From: Spirochaetota bacterium
GTDB taxonomy: Bacteria > Spirochaetota > UBA4802 > UBA5550
Assembly: GCA_003246895.1 (NCBI GenBank)
Contig: QKCL01000067.1
Location: 17,995-81,994 of the forward strand
Direction: 5' to 3'
DNA: 64,000 nucleotides
The stretch's first letter is position 1. Every line of letters starts with the position of its first letter. Positions 1 to 10,291 of this stretch are shown here, one piece after another. Position numbers and translations under genes: made by a program. A model generated the notes under the pieces. It saw only the letters and a list, made by a program, of their open reading frames with translations. It was not told the DNA's origin and made no database searches.

Positions 1-1
1 T

Positions 2-256
2 GCGGGGAAATCACTTGTTTCATACAATCCAGAAAGGGATTATGTTATTTCTTCCCTGGGCATTCTCACAAGTTTTAAAAGAAACGGCTATGCAATAATC
101 GGGAACGGATACAAGATACTGTACAAAAACGGCAAGAATCTCAATGATGCGCCATATGCTGTTTACGATGATGAGGATCATGCTGTAAAAAATATTGATC
201 CCTATAAAACAGTTGATCTTCTTCTGAAAACAAAAAAGGCGAAAAGTCTGTTTTAG
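2..256 (+). CDS. 3' end of a gene entering from the left edge (possibly a sulfatase/LTA-synthase-like C-terminus)
   Basis: Frame 2 is open from base 2 to TAG at 254-256 (AGKSLVSYNPERDYVISSLG...AKSLF) and is followed by a terminator. Product guess is weak. Confidence 0.5.
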   Translation, partial: AGKSLVSYNPERDYVISSLGILTSFKRNGYAIIGNGYKILYKNGKNLNDAPYAVYDDEDHAVKNIDPYKTVDLLLKTKKAKSLF

Positions 257-277
257 TAGTAGTTATATTTTTTTATT

Positions 278-310
278 AAAAAGTCCGGTTCTGATTTCCG
301 GACTTTTTTT
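278..310. terminator. Bidirectional intrinsic terminator
   Basis: AAAAAGTCCGG-N9-CCGGACTTTTT with A/T tracts on both sides, between convergent genes. Confidence 0.8.
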
Positions 311-424
311 ATTCGCGGCTATTTCAGAAAATCAGTACCTGCAATAATTTCAGATATAAATTCCTGTTCCCCGGTTTTCTGCCGGCAGTGGGTGTTTATA
401 GTAGAGTTTTTGAGAAGTCCCCCC

Positions 425-1222
425 TTATTTTTTTTCATGGTACTTTATGGCAAAAATCAGGGAATTGACTATTTTATCGTATTCCGGGATTTCATCAATT
501 TCTCCAAGCTCAAATGTAATCATGGGGTATTTTTTTTCAAATGATGCAGCATAGCTGCCCATGGAGCCTGGGGTTTCATATCCTATGTCATCTGAAATTG
601 AAAGTCCGCTTATGTCCGAAATTCTTTTTGCAAGTTCCTGTGGAACATTTTTATCCGGGTAGAGTTTGTTGAATGGCTGGTGCATCTGTATGATGAGAGC
701 CGGTTTGTATTTTTCTATGGCTTTCATGACAATCCTTGTTTCTGGTTCAGATGCGGGGCCCATTCCCGGATAGTTATATGTTTTTCTGTGCTCTGTTTTC
801 CATGTGGGAGAAGGGAAATTCCGGTTGATATCCACCTTCCTGGCATTTGTTCTGGACATGAGGTGCAGCCCGTCAGGATTGAGAAATGGTATGAGAACAA
901 CTCTTGTTCCGGGTAATTTTTTTTTCAGTTTCCGGAGCCTCTCCGCCAGCTTCACTACGGCCATGCCCCCGGACGGCTCATCGCCGTGAATTCCCCCGAT
1001 GATGAGAACCGTTTTTTCCCCTTTCCCGAAAATTTTATAGTACACAGGCTGTCTCCATCGTGATCTGCCTGTAATTCTCCATTTCATGGAGGAGAAGGCC
1101 AGCCTGTTGTATGTTTTCAGAACCGAGGCATGTATGCGCTTATATTTATTAAATGATACCGGGAATACAGCAAGGGGAATAAGGATAAGTGCAAGTGCAA
1201 ATATATTACAGGGTTTTCTCAT
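425..1222 (-). CDS. M14-family zinc carboxypeptidase, MpaA-like murein peptide amidase, exported
   Basis: GGIHGDE, NPDG, RTNARKVDINRNFP, SEPET and HQP motifs; hydrophobic N-terminus. Confidence 0.8.
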   Translation of the reverse strand: MRKPCNIFALALILIPLAVFPVSFNKYKRIHASVLKTYNRLAFSSMKWRITGRSRWRQPVYYKIFGKGEKTVLIIGGIHGDEPSGGMAVVKLAERLRKLKKKLPGTRVVLIPFLNPDGLHLMSRTNARKVDINRNFPSPTWKTEHRKTYNYPGMGPASEPETRIVMKAIEKYKPALIIQMHQPFNKLYPDKNVPQELAKRISDISGLSISDDIGYETPGSMGSYAASFEKKYPMITFELGEIDEIPEYDKIVNSLIFAIKYHEKK

Positions 1223-1381
1223 TAAAACATTACCTCAGTTACAGGGCTTTAAGCTGTTTGAGTCATATTCTATCTGCGGCATAGGTCAATTAAAAGAGTT
1301 GTACGGTTTTGAATTTTTTTATTTACATAATATTCCCTTAAATAAAAATCACCATGAGAATCATTTTACAGGAGTTTAATC

Positions 1382-1906
1382 ATGGAAGAACTTGGCGCAG
1401 TGAGAATATATAATGATCTGGTAAGCAAACTGGACACATATGCAAAGGGACTTGTTAAAAAATACGAGGGAAGCATGAAGTGCAGCAGGGGCGGCTGTAC
1501 AGAGTGCTGCACCGTGGAGGAGATCTATCCCGTAGAGGCCTATGCAATACTTGCTCCCGTTATGCAGGGGAAAATCGATGTATCGGACCTTCCGGAAGTA
1601 GAGGACAGGGAGCCTGGAAAGTGTGTGTTTCTGAAAAACAGTGAATGTTCAATTTATGATGCAAGGCCCATAGAGTGCAGAATCATGGGGTATCCGGGGA
1701 AACTTGAGAATGAAATCAGGTACTGTGAAAAGAATTTTATTGAAAAACCGGAGTTTGAAGACTGTGACCTGATTGATTCTGCGAATGTTGATGCATCGCT
1801 TGAGTCTATAAATATGCTTTTTATCGAGGAGACAGAGCAGGGGGTCTTCGGAGAAGGAAAAGTTTCTCTTGAAAATCTTCTTGGTTCAATCAAGAATCTG
1901 CCTTAA
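1382..1906 (+). CDS. YkgJ/UPF0153-family cysteine-cluster protein
   Basis: CSRGGCTECC, CVFL, CSIYDARPIECR motifs. Confidence 0.8.
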   Translation: MEELGAVRIYNDLVSKLDTYAKGLVKKYEGSMKCSRGGCTECCTVEEIYPVEAYAILAPVMQGKIDVSDLPEVEDREPGKCVFLKNSECSIYDARPIECRIMGYPGKLENEIRYCEKNFIEKPEFEDCDLIDSANVDASLESINMLFIEETEQGVFGEGKVSLENLLGSIKNLP

Positions 1907-2834
1907 TCCTCATTGGCTTGCTGAATAATAGTTTACCGCGGTACTGGCTGAGCAGAAGGCCTGTGATTATGAGCATGCATGCTAAAATCTGGTTTCTGTT
2001 CAGAACCTCATTTAGAAAGAACCATCCCCAGAACAGTGAAAAAACCGGTATCAGGTTTATGTAGGCGGCTCCCTTTGCCGCCTTTACTTTGCCTATTCCG
2101 TAGTTGTATAGTCCATATGCCGCAACAGACACAAAGAGTCCCATGTATAGTATGGCTCCAAAGGCTTCTGCGCTGAAGGCCCCGGGAAGAGCCCCTTTTT
2201 TAAATATAATAATCGGCAAAAAAAACAGTGCGCCTGTCAGGGACTGGAACATTGTGAGAAAGAGAGGGTTATATCTGGGGCTGAGAACTCTCAGGGTAAT
2301 GGTGTAGCCCGTTGCGCAGACCATGGCCAGGAATTCAAAGAAATTTCCAAGTACCGGATTGGGGAAAGATGACCCGGTTTCGCTGAACAGTCCCAGTAAT
2401 GCCGCGCCGGCTGATGCGGCAACAAATCCGGTTATGGTCAGGGGAGAAAGGCTCTCCTTCAATATAAATGCGGCAGTAACTGCAACAAGCAGAGGCAGCA
2501 TGGCAGTTATTATTGCGGCCTGGGATGATGCCGTATTCTGGAGAGCCATGGATTCAAAGATGAAGTAAAGGCACGGCTCAAAGAGTGACATCAGTATAAG
2601 GAGAAATATATCTCCTCTTCTTCGGATGTTGCCTGTGAACATTTTTTTTGCAAAGGGGAGAAGTATTATAAAAGCTGCCGTGAGCCTGCAGAAAATTACA
2701 AACGAAGGGTCATAAATGTTAAAGGAAAATTTCAGGGCAACAAAGGATGTTGACCATAGTATCATGGCCATGATGAGTGCCAGGCTTGCGCGGTTTGCTG
2801 TCTTTATCACTGTTTTCTCCCACTGAAGGTCCAC
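1890..2834 (-). CDS. DMT/EamA-family transporter
   Basis: About 10 hydrophobic helices in two EamA repeats (ILWSTSF, LFEPCLYF, NLIPVF). Confidence 0.85.
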   Translation of the reverse strand: MDLQWEKTVIKTANRASLALIMAMILWSTSFVALKFSFNIYDPSFVIFCRLTAAFIILLPFAKKMFTGNIRRRGDIFLLILMSLFEPCLYFIFESMALQNTASSQAAIITAMLPLLVAVTAAFILKESLSPLTITGFVAASAGAALLGLFSETGSSFPNPVLGNFFEFLAMVCATGYTITLRVLSPRYNPLFLTMFQSLTGALFFLPIIIFKKGALPGAFSAEAFGAILYMGLFVSVAAYGLYNYGIGKVKAAKGAAYINLIPVFSLFWGWFFLNEVLNRNQILACMLIITGLLLSQYRGKLLFSKPMRIKADS

Positions 2835-3040
2835 TTGTTTTTATGTTGTCAATATTTTCAAGGTTAAATCGTGCTCTGTCTGTTTATTTGGTGTTTTTTT
2901 ATTGTAATTGGATTTCAAATTGTTTATTATAATTCTGCTTAATTTCTGCTCCTTTGCCGACTGTTAAAAATATATTGACAGTGTCGAAGTTGCCAGTATG
3001 AAAGTTTAAATATTTTTAAATGAATAGAGAGGGTGACCCT

Positions 3041-4003
3041 ATGGTTAGTTATAAGGATCTTGGTCTGGTTAACTCCAGAGAGCTGTTTAAAAAAGCTGTA
3101 AACGGCGGTTATGCCATTCCGGCATATAACTTTAACAACATGGAACAGCTGCAGGCAATTATTCAGGCCTGTGTGGAGACAAAATCTCCGGTAATCCTGC
3201 AGGTTTCTGCCGGGGCGAGGAAGTATGCAAATCAGACACTTCTCCGGTACATGGCTGAAGGAGCTGTTGCATACGCAAAAGAACTCGGCTTTGAGATTCC
3301 AATTGTGCTCCACCTTGACCATGGGGATTCATTGGACCTGTGCAAAAGCTGTATTGAAACTGGATTCTCATCGGTAATGATAGACGGGTCACACCACTCA
3401 TATGAAGACAATGTGCGCCTGACAAAGGAAGTTGTTGAGTATGCTCATAAATATGATGTTACAGTTGAGGGAGAACTGGGAGTTCTTGCCGGAGTGGAGG
3501 ATGAAGTTTCTGCGGATAAGCATGTTTTTACACAGCCCGATGAGGTGGAGGACTTTGTTAACAGAACCGGAGTGGACAGCCTGGCGATTGCAATCGGCAC
3601 ATCCCATGGTGCCTATAAGTTCAAGCCGGGTTCTGACCCGAAGATCAGACTGGATATACTTTCTGAAATTGAAAAAAGAATTCCAGGATTCCCCATAGTT
3701 CTTCATGGTTCATCATCTGTTCCGCAGGATCTGGTAGCGATTATAAACAGCAATGGAGGAAAACTTGATGATGCAATAGGTATACCCGAAGAACAGCTGA
3801 GACTCGCATCAAAATCCGCAGTGTGCAAGATCAACATTGACTCTGACGGAAGGCTTGCCATGACAGCAGCCGTAAGAAAGGTTCTTGCAGAAAATCCGGG
3901 TGAATTTGACCCAAGAAAATATCTCGGGCCTGCCAGGGATTCACTTAAGGCCCTTTATATGCATAAAAACAGCAATGTGCTAGGGTCAAGCGGGAAGGCC
4001 TGA
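3041..4003 (+). CDS. fba: Class II fructose-1,6-bisphosphate aldolase
   Basis: HLDHG, SVMIDGS, VEGELG, AIGTSHG, VLHGSS, KINID motifs; ATG 3041 after GAGGG. Confidence 0.95.
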   Translation: MVSYKDLGLVNSRELFKKAVNGGYAIPAYNFNNMEQLQAIIQACVETKSPVILQVSAGARKYANQTLLRYMAEGAVAYAKELGFEIPIVLHLDHGDSLDLCKSCIETGFSSVMIDGSHHSYEDNVRLTKEVVEYAHKYDVTVEGELGVLAGVEDEVSADKHVFTQPDEVEDFVNRTGVDSLAIAIGTSHGAYKFKPGSDPKIRLDILSEIEKRIPGFPIVLHGSSSVPQDLVAIINSNGGKLDDAIGIPEEQLRLASKSAVCKINIDSDGRLAMTAAVRKVLAENPGEFDPRKYLGPARDSLKALYMHKNSNVLGSSGKA

Positions 4004-4020
4004 TAGGGCCGGAGGTTAAT

Positions 4021-4479
4021 ATGAAAAGATTACTGCTAATTGCGGCATTGATACTGTCTGTAACAAACCTTTACAGTCAGGATCTAAATAAAAATAACAG
4101 CGACCTGAAACTGGAGATCATAGGTTCTGTAAGTGCATCCAATCTTTATCTGAGCTATCTTACAATAGGTGTAATTGCAGATTCATATACAAAAAAGGTC
4201 TATGATAATCAGAGGACTGTGAGTTTTGTAAAGGCTGCTGTGGTTCAGGCGGGCCTGCAGAAAAAGACACTTGAGAAACTGATTCAGGCCAATGAAGTTT
4301 CAGGAAGTGATCTTGAGGCGGTCAAAAAAATGGTTGATTGTTATTCTCTTCTGGCAGATGAAGGGAATTACTTTATTGATTATATAAATACCAAGAGTAA
4401 AGATTCCCTGAGAAATTATGACGGCAAAAGGAAAGAAGCCTGGGCTCTCATATCTCAGATAATGGGAATTGGAAAATGA
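4021..4479 (+). CDS. Exported helical protein of unknown function
   Basis: GGAGG RBS, signal-peptide-like N-terminus, 152 aa. Confidence 0.7.
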   Translation: MKRLLLIAALILSVTNLYSQDLNKNNSDLKLEIIGSVSASNLYLSYLTIGVIADSYTKKVYDNQRTVSFVKAAVVQAGLQKKTLEKLIQANEVSGSDLEAVKKMVDCYSLLADEGNYFIDYINTKSKDSLRNYDGKRKEAWALISQIMGIGK

Positions 4480-5152
4480 CAGGGATGGCTGGATGTTCGA
4501 TATCAGAGAGTATTATGGGAGCGGCAGAGGGGATGAATATCACCTCGATCATGGAATTTTTGAAATAGACAATGATATAATCGAAGACATCGAACATCTT
4601 CTTGTTCAGCGTGTGGGGTCGCATTATCTTCTTGATGTTTACAAAATAAACAGGCATCAGATCGATATCATATATCCTTCTTTGGGTTATGACGGCCCCC
4701 GGTCGCTTATGCTTACTCCCGACAGGGTAAGGTTTCTCCTTTCACTTTATCCTGAGAAACAGGAGCTTGAAAAAATCAATAAACTGGTTATCAGGCCTAG
4801 GTATGTTGAGTCCGGTGAAATAGAACTGGCATCGCTGTACCATAAAAAAAAGAGGGTACTTGTGCTGTATCTTTCTCATCCTTTCTCCAGTGATTTTAAT
4901 GACAAAAGGCGTGATGACAGTTTTGTGTCTCTTGGACTGGAACATCTCATGAACGACAAGGTAATTGGTGATTCAATAGGTGCCAGCAGAACAGCCGGAG
5001 GGAAGCCTCTTCTCTGGTCGATTATATCATCAATTGATCCTGAAGGGGATGGAGAAATGGACAAGTTTCTGGTGCGCAGGAAAGACGTAGATCCTGCTGT
5101 CTTCCGGGCACTGAGTGATATCTCCTATCATTACGGAAATAACGGATATTAA
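4469..5152 (+). CDS. Hypothetical protein
   Basis: 227-aa ORF overlapping both neighbours in operon-like fashion; no motif recognised. Confidence 0.65.
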   Translation: MENDRDGWMFDIREYYGSGRGDEYHLDHGIFEIDNDIIEDIEHLLVQRVGSHYLLDVYKINRHQIDIIYPSLGYDGPRSLMLTPDRVRFLLSLYPEKQELEKINKLVIRPRYVESGEIELASLYHKKKRVLVLYLSHPFSSDFNDKRRDDSFVSLGLEHLMNDKVIGDSIGASRTAGGKPLLWSIISSIDPEGDGEMDKFLVRRKDVDPAVFRALSDISYHYGNNGY

Positions 5153-5153
5153 A

Positions 5154-5942
5154 ATGGTTAACTATCATAATCATACAGTTTTCTGCGGTCATGCAACCGG
5201 AGAGCTGTTTCAGTATATAGACAGGGCTATTGAGCTTGGGATAACTGAAATCGGTTTTTCAGATCATGCACCAATGCCGGAAGGCCTCAGGGAGGGGATC
5301 TCCATGAAGCCTGAGGAGGCTGAAGAATACATCGCATCTGTTCTTGGAGAGCAGAAAAAGTACGGAGGCAGAATTCAGGTCAGGCTCGGCTTTGAGGTAG
5401 ACTTTCCGCTTTTTGATACATTCAACAGGGATTACTTTGCCGATGAAAGAATAGATTTCCTTATAGGGTCATGTCACTTCATTGACGGATGGCCTTTTGA
5501 TCATCCTGATTTTGTTGATGAATTTTCACGAAGAGATATTGATGAGGTTTATGCCGGATACTTTGATATATTGGGAGATCTGGTTGACTCAGGGTTCTTT
5601 GATATTCTCGGGCACATGGATCTTGTGAAAAAATTCGGTCACCGTTCACGGAAAGATATGACCGCAAATGTGAGAAAACTGGCAAAGAAAATTTCTTCAT
5701 CAGGAATGGCTGCGGAGATAAACACTTCGGGGCTGATTAAACCGGTTGGTGAAATATATCCTTCTGAAGAAATTATTAAAATTCTTTTTGAGGAGAATGT
5801 CCCCGTTACTCTCGGTTCAGATTCGCACACTCCGGAATCTGTGGGTTATGGATTTGAAAGTGCCGTGGAAATTATGAGAAAGGCGGGGTACCGCAAGGTT
5901 TCAGGATTTCTGAAAAGAAAGAGGTACGACCTGCCTCTTTGA
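5154..5942 (+). CDS. hisJ: Histidinol-phosphatase, HisJ-type PHP family
   Basis: NYHNHT, GFSDHAP, GFEVD, IGSCH, LGHMDL, EINTSG, LGSDSH; likely ATG 5154. Confidence 0.8.
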   Translation: MVNYHNHTVFCGHATGELFQYIDRAIELGITEIGFSDHAPMPEGLREGISMKPEEAEEYIASVLGEQKKYGGRIQVRLGFEVDFPLFDTFNRDYFADERIDFLIGSCHFIDGWPFDHPDFVDEFSRRDIDEVYAGYFDILGDLVDSGFFDILGHMDLVKKFGHRSRKDMTANVRKLAKKISSSGMAAEINTSGLIKPVGEIYPSEEIIKILFEENVPVTLGSDSHTPESVGYGFESAVEIMRKAGYRKVSGFLKRKRYDLPL

Positions 5943-6944
5943 TTATTCCACGTTGAGCATGCGGTAAATCTTTCTTCCTTCGTATTCGCCGTATTCAGGA
6001 AATTTGTCCGTGAATTCTTCGGGCCTGTACTTCAAAACATTCTCCGTTAAGTTTATTGATCCGGATTTTGCATAGTTGCTGCTGAGATGGTATATTGAAT
6101 TTATTGAATCTGATATGATTTTTCCGGTCTGCCCTCTGTCGTGATATGTTGTGCTTCCTATATGAAATGAAATTTTATATGATAAAAGTATGTCGTAATC
6201 GAATTCCTCGAAACTTGTGATTTTTCTGTTAAGGAGGAGTTCAAAGGCCGTGAATATGGCAGGGCACTTTTTCCCGTCGAAGGGGAACAGAAACAGTGCC
6301 GTCATGTCGTTCCACATCCATATCCTGCCGCCAACCGGGGAGAATGTTTTCTCCAGGAAATCATGAAGCTCCCTTGAAAATATCTCCACACTTTTTCCAA
6401 GAAACCGCTTCTTTATGTCTGACTTGTTGTCAAGTTCAATCATCATGAATGTAAAGATGTAGTCATTTCCGCTTTTTACTGAAGTCCAGTCCGAGCCGGA
6501 GAGTTCATATCCCTGCATTTCTTCAAGGGCCTTTTGGTCAGTGGTTTCTGTTTCTGACTGTGACTCAATAAAAAACTGTGAGCCGTAATCAAAGACATTT
6601 TTTATTCTCTGGGGAGTCATGCAGTCCTTTATGATAGACTTGCCGGCGAAATCACTTGCTCCTTCATGAAAAAAATATGCCGGATCAACGTGGTTTTCAC
6701 GTGACATTATTATCCCGAAAATTCTTTCAGATGATGAGAGAATCCTGATGTTCTTTTTTATTGCAGCATCTGTCATGCCGGTAAAATCAGCATAGACCAG
6801 GTCCTCCCTTTTTATGCATGATATGCCCTTTTTAAGGTTATTTACAGGGGCTATTTCCAGTGTAAATGATTTTGATTTTTCAATTTTACTGAACCATTCC
6901 TGTGCATTTTTATTGTCGCTGAATACAATTATCCTCATTGCCAT
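5943..6944 (-). CDS. Receiver-like N-terminus plus degenerate class III nucleotidyl-cyclase-like domain
   Basis: VYAD and GASDFAGK (REC-like); FMMIELD, GGRIWMWND, ISFHIG, SDSIN (cyclase-like). Confidence 0.55.
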   Translation of the reverse strand: MAMRIIVFSDNKNAQEWFSKIEKSKSFTLEIAPVNNLKKGISCIKREDLVYADFTGMTDAAIKKNIRILSSSERIFGIIMSRENHVDPAYFFHEGASDFAGKSIIKDCMTPQRIKNVFDYGSQFFIESQSETETTDQKALEEMQGYELSGSDWTSVKSGNDYIFTFMMIELDNKSDIKKRFLGKSVEIFSRELHDFLEKTFSPVGGRIWMWNDMTALFLFPFDGKKCPAIFTAFELLLNRKITSFEEFDYDILLSYKISFHIGSTTYHDRGQTGKIISDSINSIYHLSSNYAKSGSINLTENVLKYRPEEFTDKFPEYGEYEGRKIYRMLNVE

Positions 6945-6952
6945 GGCCTCTG

Positions 6953-7891
6953 TTATTTTGTTCTTTCCCAGTTTACACTGTAGCTGTAGTAGGTCTTGCT
7001 GCTCTCTCCCCTTGTGGGGCTGAACTGGTCGAGCATGTGTTTTCCGAAAACAGTCATGGCCATGTCGCTTACTGTGAGCGTGTTGGGCTTTGTGTAATTT
7101 GCTTCTATATTTACTACTTTTTTTACAAGGTCCACAGACTTTAAATCCTCTTCATTGTTCACGTATTCCATTATTCCGGAATGCACCGCGATGCGTACTT
7201 CAAGGGGTTTGTTCAGGCGGCAGTTGGTATGGTTGTATACAAAGAGCCTGTTTATAATGTCCATGCCTGCTAATGATGCATAGAGATTTTTGTTGGAGAA
7301 AAAGAATGCAATCAGTCCGCCATCTCCTTCCCAGCTCCATATGCGTCCTTCCCTTTTGTCAGTGGCATCCTGTACGATTTTGCGAAGATCAGTATATGTC
7401 TTTTTGATTATTTCCTCAGGGTATTCTCTTACCAGTTTTGAATTGCCAACAATATCCAGCCTCAGGAGAGCGAAGGTGTGTTCTTCTCCCGGAAGAATCG
7501 TTCCCCAGTTTTTTGTGCGCCGGATTCCGGAATCTTCGACAAAGACCCTGTTTGTCTGGTCGTATATAATACCCATGTTTTTTAATTCAATAATTACCGG
7601 TCTGAGATGTTTTACCGGATAGTTTTTTCCCATGTAGCCGGATGTGTGAATGTCGACCAGTGTCTGAATGAGTTTTAGAAACAGACCCTCCTTGCGGGCA
7701 TCTCTGACAAACTGTTTGGCGGCAACTGCCCGGGGTATGTTAATTGTGTTTGATATGCCTGTCTGTCTGTGGAAGTCATAATTGTGGATTGTTTGTTCAG
7801 CAATGAACTGAATCATGTGGAGGTCAAGAGACTCCGCAATTGCCTTCGTGACAAGAGAAACCATGTTTGTTGAGATCTGCATTCTAATCAC
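6953..7891 (-). CDS. Adenylate/guanylate cyclase-domain (class III) protein
   Basis: LLRLDIVGNS, WEGDGG, VRIAVHSG motifs. Confidence 0.75.
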   Translation of the reverse strand: MIRMQISTNMVSLVTKAIAESLDLHMIQFIAEQTIHNYDFHRQTGISNTINIPRAVAAKQFVRDARKEGLFLKLIQTLVDIHTSGYMGKNYPVKHLRPVIIELKNMGIIYDQTNRVFVEDSGIRRTKNWGTILPGEEHTFALLRLDIVGNSKLVREYPEEIIKKTYTDLRKIVQDATDKREGRIWSWEGDGGLIAFFFSNKNLYASLAGMDIINRLFVYNHTNCRLNKPLEVRIAVHSGIMEYVNNEEDLKSVDLVKKVVNIEANYTKPNTLTVSDMAMTVFGKHMLDQFSPTRGESSKTYYSYSVNWERTK

Positions 7892-8042
7892 CGTTGAGTT
7901 TTTTTTGTTAAAAAGACTTTATTGAAGAGTATTTGTCAAGAATGAATCGCTTTTTGTGAAGCTCCAGTATGGTGTTTGAAAAGTAATGGACAATCCTGAA
8001 GTAAGAAATATACTTTGAAAAACTGTTTTTCAGGAGAGCATA

Positions 8043-9017
8043 ATGCAGTGCAGAAACTGTTCCGGAAACGACTTCAGGGAAACTTCAACCGGCAATTATA
8101 AGTGCCAGTATTGCGGTACCCTTTACTATGAGGAGAAAAGAAAAAGTCCACGGACAGTCACGGTTGCTCCCCAAAGAATAAACCGCAGGTTTATAATTAT
8201 TTCATCCGTAGTTCTGGCTGCCGCGGTTGCTGTTATACTCCCCCTGACTCTTGTAGACAAAAATAAAAGGGAAAACGAAAGAGACGACTTTGTTTCAAAA
8301 AACACCTGGCAGAAGGATATTGAAAGGAATTCCATTCCAAGGGAAGATTTTGAGGTTAAAAGAGATAATGAATCAGCAGGCCGCTATGAATCTGTAAGAG
8401 AGGATTATAAAGAAAGTCTTCCATCACCGCAGGGAAAAATTGTCTCAACCGGCCCCATAAGGGATTCCATCGGAAATATATATTTTCTCTGTATTGTTGA
8501 AAATAACGGCAGTGTTTCACTGAGACAGCCTCTGGTAACAGTGAGACTCTTTTCGAAGTCTGGAGAGAAGCTGGATACGGGGAAAGGGTATGCCTTTAAG
8601 AATGTATTAAATCCGGGGGAAAGGACGCCTGTTTATATTTTGATAAAAGACTATCCCAAATATGAAAGCTACAAGGCCGAGTACTCTCCTGAAAAACCAT
8701 ATGTGATACCTCCTGGAGGTATAGTGGACAAAAAATTCAGTGCCGGAATCTCTGATGTAAAAATGAACAAAGGGGACTTCGGTTCCTCATATAAAGTATC
8801 GGGCAGAATAAAAAATACTTCCGGGAAAGCCGGTTCCTATGTGAAGGTAGGGGTGGTCCTGTATGATAAAATTAATTCAGTTATCGGTTATGGCACTGCA
8901 TATACCGGAGAAAGAATTCTGAAGCCCGGGGATGCAGATAATTTTAAAATATATATTACAACAGTAAACGGAATTCCGGATCATTATGACCTTTATTATG
9001 ATGCCATGGAAAATTAA
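8043..9017 (+). CDS. Zinc-ribbon, TM anchor and two FxLYD-like Ig-fold domains
   Basis: CRNC..CQYCG; one TM helix; repeats GIVENNG/GRIKNTSG..V..LF/LYD..LNPGE/LKPGD. Confidence 0.65.
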   Translation: MQCRNCSGNDFRETSTGNYKCQYCGTLYYEEKRKSPRTVTVAPQRINRRFIIISSVVLAAAVAVILPLTLVDKNKRENERDDFVSKNTWQKDIERNSIPREDFEVKRDNESAGRYESVREDYKESLPSPQGKIVSTGPIRDSIGNIYFLCIVENNGSVSLRQPLVTVRLFSKSGEKLDTGKGYAFKNVLNPGERTPVYILIKDYPKYESYKAEYSPEKPYVIPPGGIVDKKFSAGISDVKMNKGDFGSSYKVSGRIKNTSGKAGSYVKVGVVLYDKINSVIGYGTAYTGERILKPGDADNFKIYITTVNGIPDHYDLYYDAMEN

Positions 9018-9058
9018 AAGATGGGGCTCTCCCCATCTTTTAATGTGACCGTTGTGTG

Positions 9059-9970
9059 CTACTGCTTCTTGTTGAAATTTTTTATGTCCGGCTTGACGCC
9101 TTTAATGTCCGGTTTATTGAATCCTTTTACGGCGTTTTTTGCCTCATCCTTCTTCGCCTGTGTATCAGCCTTTATGGCATCAGATTTCAGTTTTGTCTCT
9201 TCTTTTATCTTTTCAACGTTTTCTTTATCCTTCGTTTTCTGATCCTGAACCATCTGCCTGTTTTTATCCTTCTGGTCGGAAACCTGCTGTCTTATCTCAT
9301 CTCTCTGCTTTTCAAATTTATCCCTGATGTCTTTCTGGATATCCTTTATCTCGTCCCTTATTTTTCGGATGCGTTCAATGTTTTCCTCTTTCAGGTCGTT
9401 TACCGACAGGCTGTTGTTTTCTCCTAAAACTGCTTCCTTTCCGGCTCTGACTTCAACGGGTGTGCCGGAAGTGTCACCGGCCTTTCTTACTGCTACAACA
9501 CCTTCAATACATGAGATTTTTCCCTTGCCCCTGTTCTCATCAACCATGAATTCCGTACCCCGTACGCCTGCAGTAACTGTCGGTGTTGAAACTCTGTACC
9601 TTTCTCCCTGTTTGAGTTTTCTGCTAACTCTGGAAAAAAGCTGACCTTTTTCAACATAGAATTCCATTATTTCATTGTTGCTGTTTATCTCTTTTGTGAG
9701 TTTTTTCATACTTACTGAACTGTTTCCCAGTACACGGATGACACTGCTGCCGAAATAAATGTCTGCCAGGGATTTTGAACCTGTCTCAATGACCATGCTT
9801 TCCTTTACTATTAGTCCTGTCATGGCCGGTATTTTCTTGCCGTTTTCAATAACTGATACCTTTCCGCTTATGAAATTTATTATACCGTTGTTTGGAATTG
9901 TCTTTTCGTTTTTGCTGCATGAGTTTAAGACAATCAAAAAAAAGAAAACCGCAAATAATGCTTTTTTCAT
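9059..9970 (-). CDS. FecR-domain lipoprotein with C-terminal coiled coil
   Basis: Lipobox LNSC; ETGSKS, VSTPTVTAGVRGTEF, EGVVAV; charged helical tail. Confidence 0.8.
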   Translation of the reverse strand: MKKALFAVFFFLIVLNSCSKNEKTIPNNGIINFISGKVSVIENGKKIPAMTGLIVKESMVIETGSKSLADIYFGSSVIRVLGNSSVSMKKLTKEINSNNEIMEFYVEKGQLFSRVSRKLKQGERYRVSTPTVTAGVRGTEFMVDENRGKGKISCIEGVVAVRKAGDTSGTPVEVRAGKEAVLGENNSLSVNDLKEENIERIRKIRDEIKDIQKDIRDKFEKQRDEIRQQVSDQKDKNRQMVQDQKTKDKENVEKIKEETKLKSDAIKADTQAKKDEAKNAVKGFNKPDIKGVKPDIKNFNKKQ

Positions 9971-10291
9971 AAAACCCTCCGTATTTATTTGCTCTATAAT
10001 ACATATTGGTTATTCAGACTTCAAGCATAATATGCAATAATTTTGCCGGAATAAAGTCAGCCGAGAAAAGGCTGTTCTTTAATTAAAGTATGGAATACTG
10101 ATTACCGTATTTTTGTTGCATTATTTTCAGGACGTAACAGAGAATGTGAAGATAAGGCCAGTTTTTTTTAAACTCCGGAACCTCTCGCTTTAATCCAGGG
10201 TCATATATATTGCTGGTTTTAGAAAAATTCTCTGCTGAAAAACCGGCAGAGAATGTTGATATTTTATTTATATTGAGGGAGAGTATCGGTC

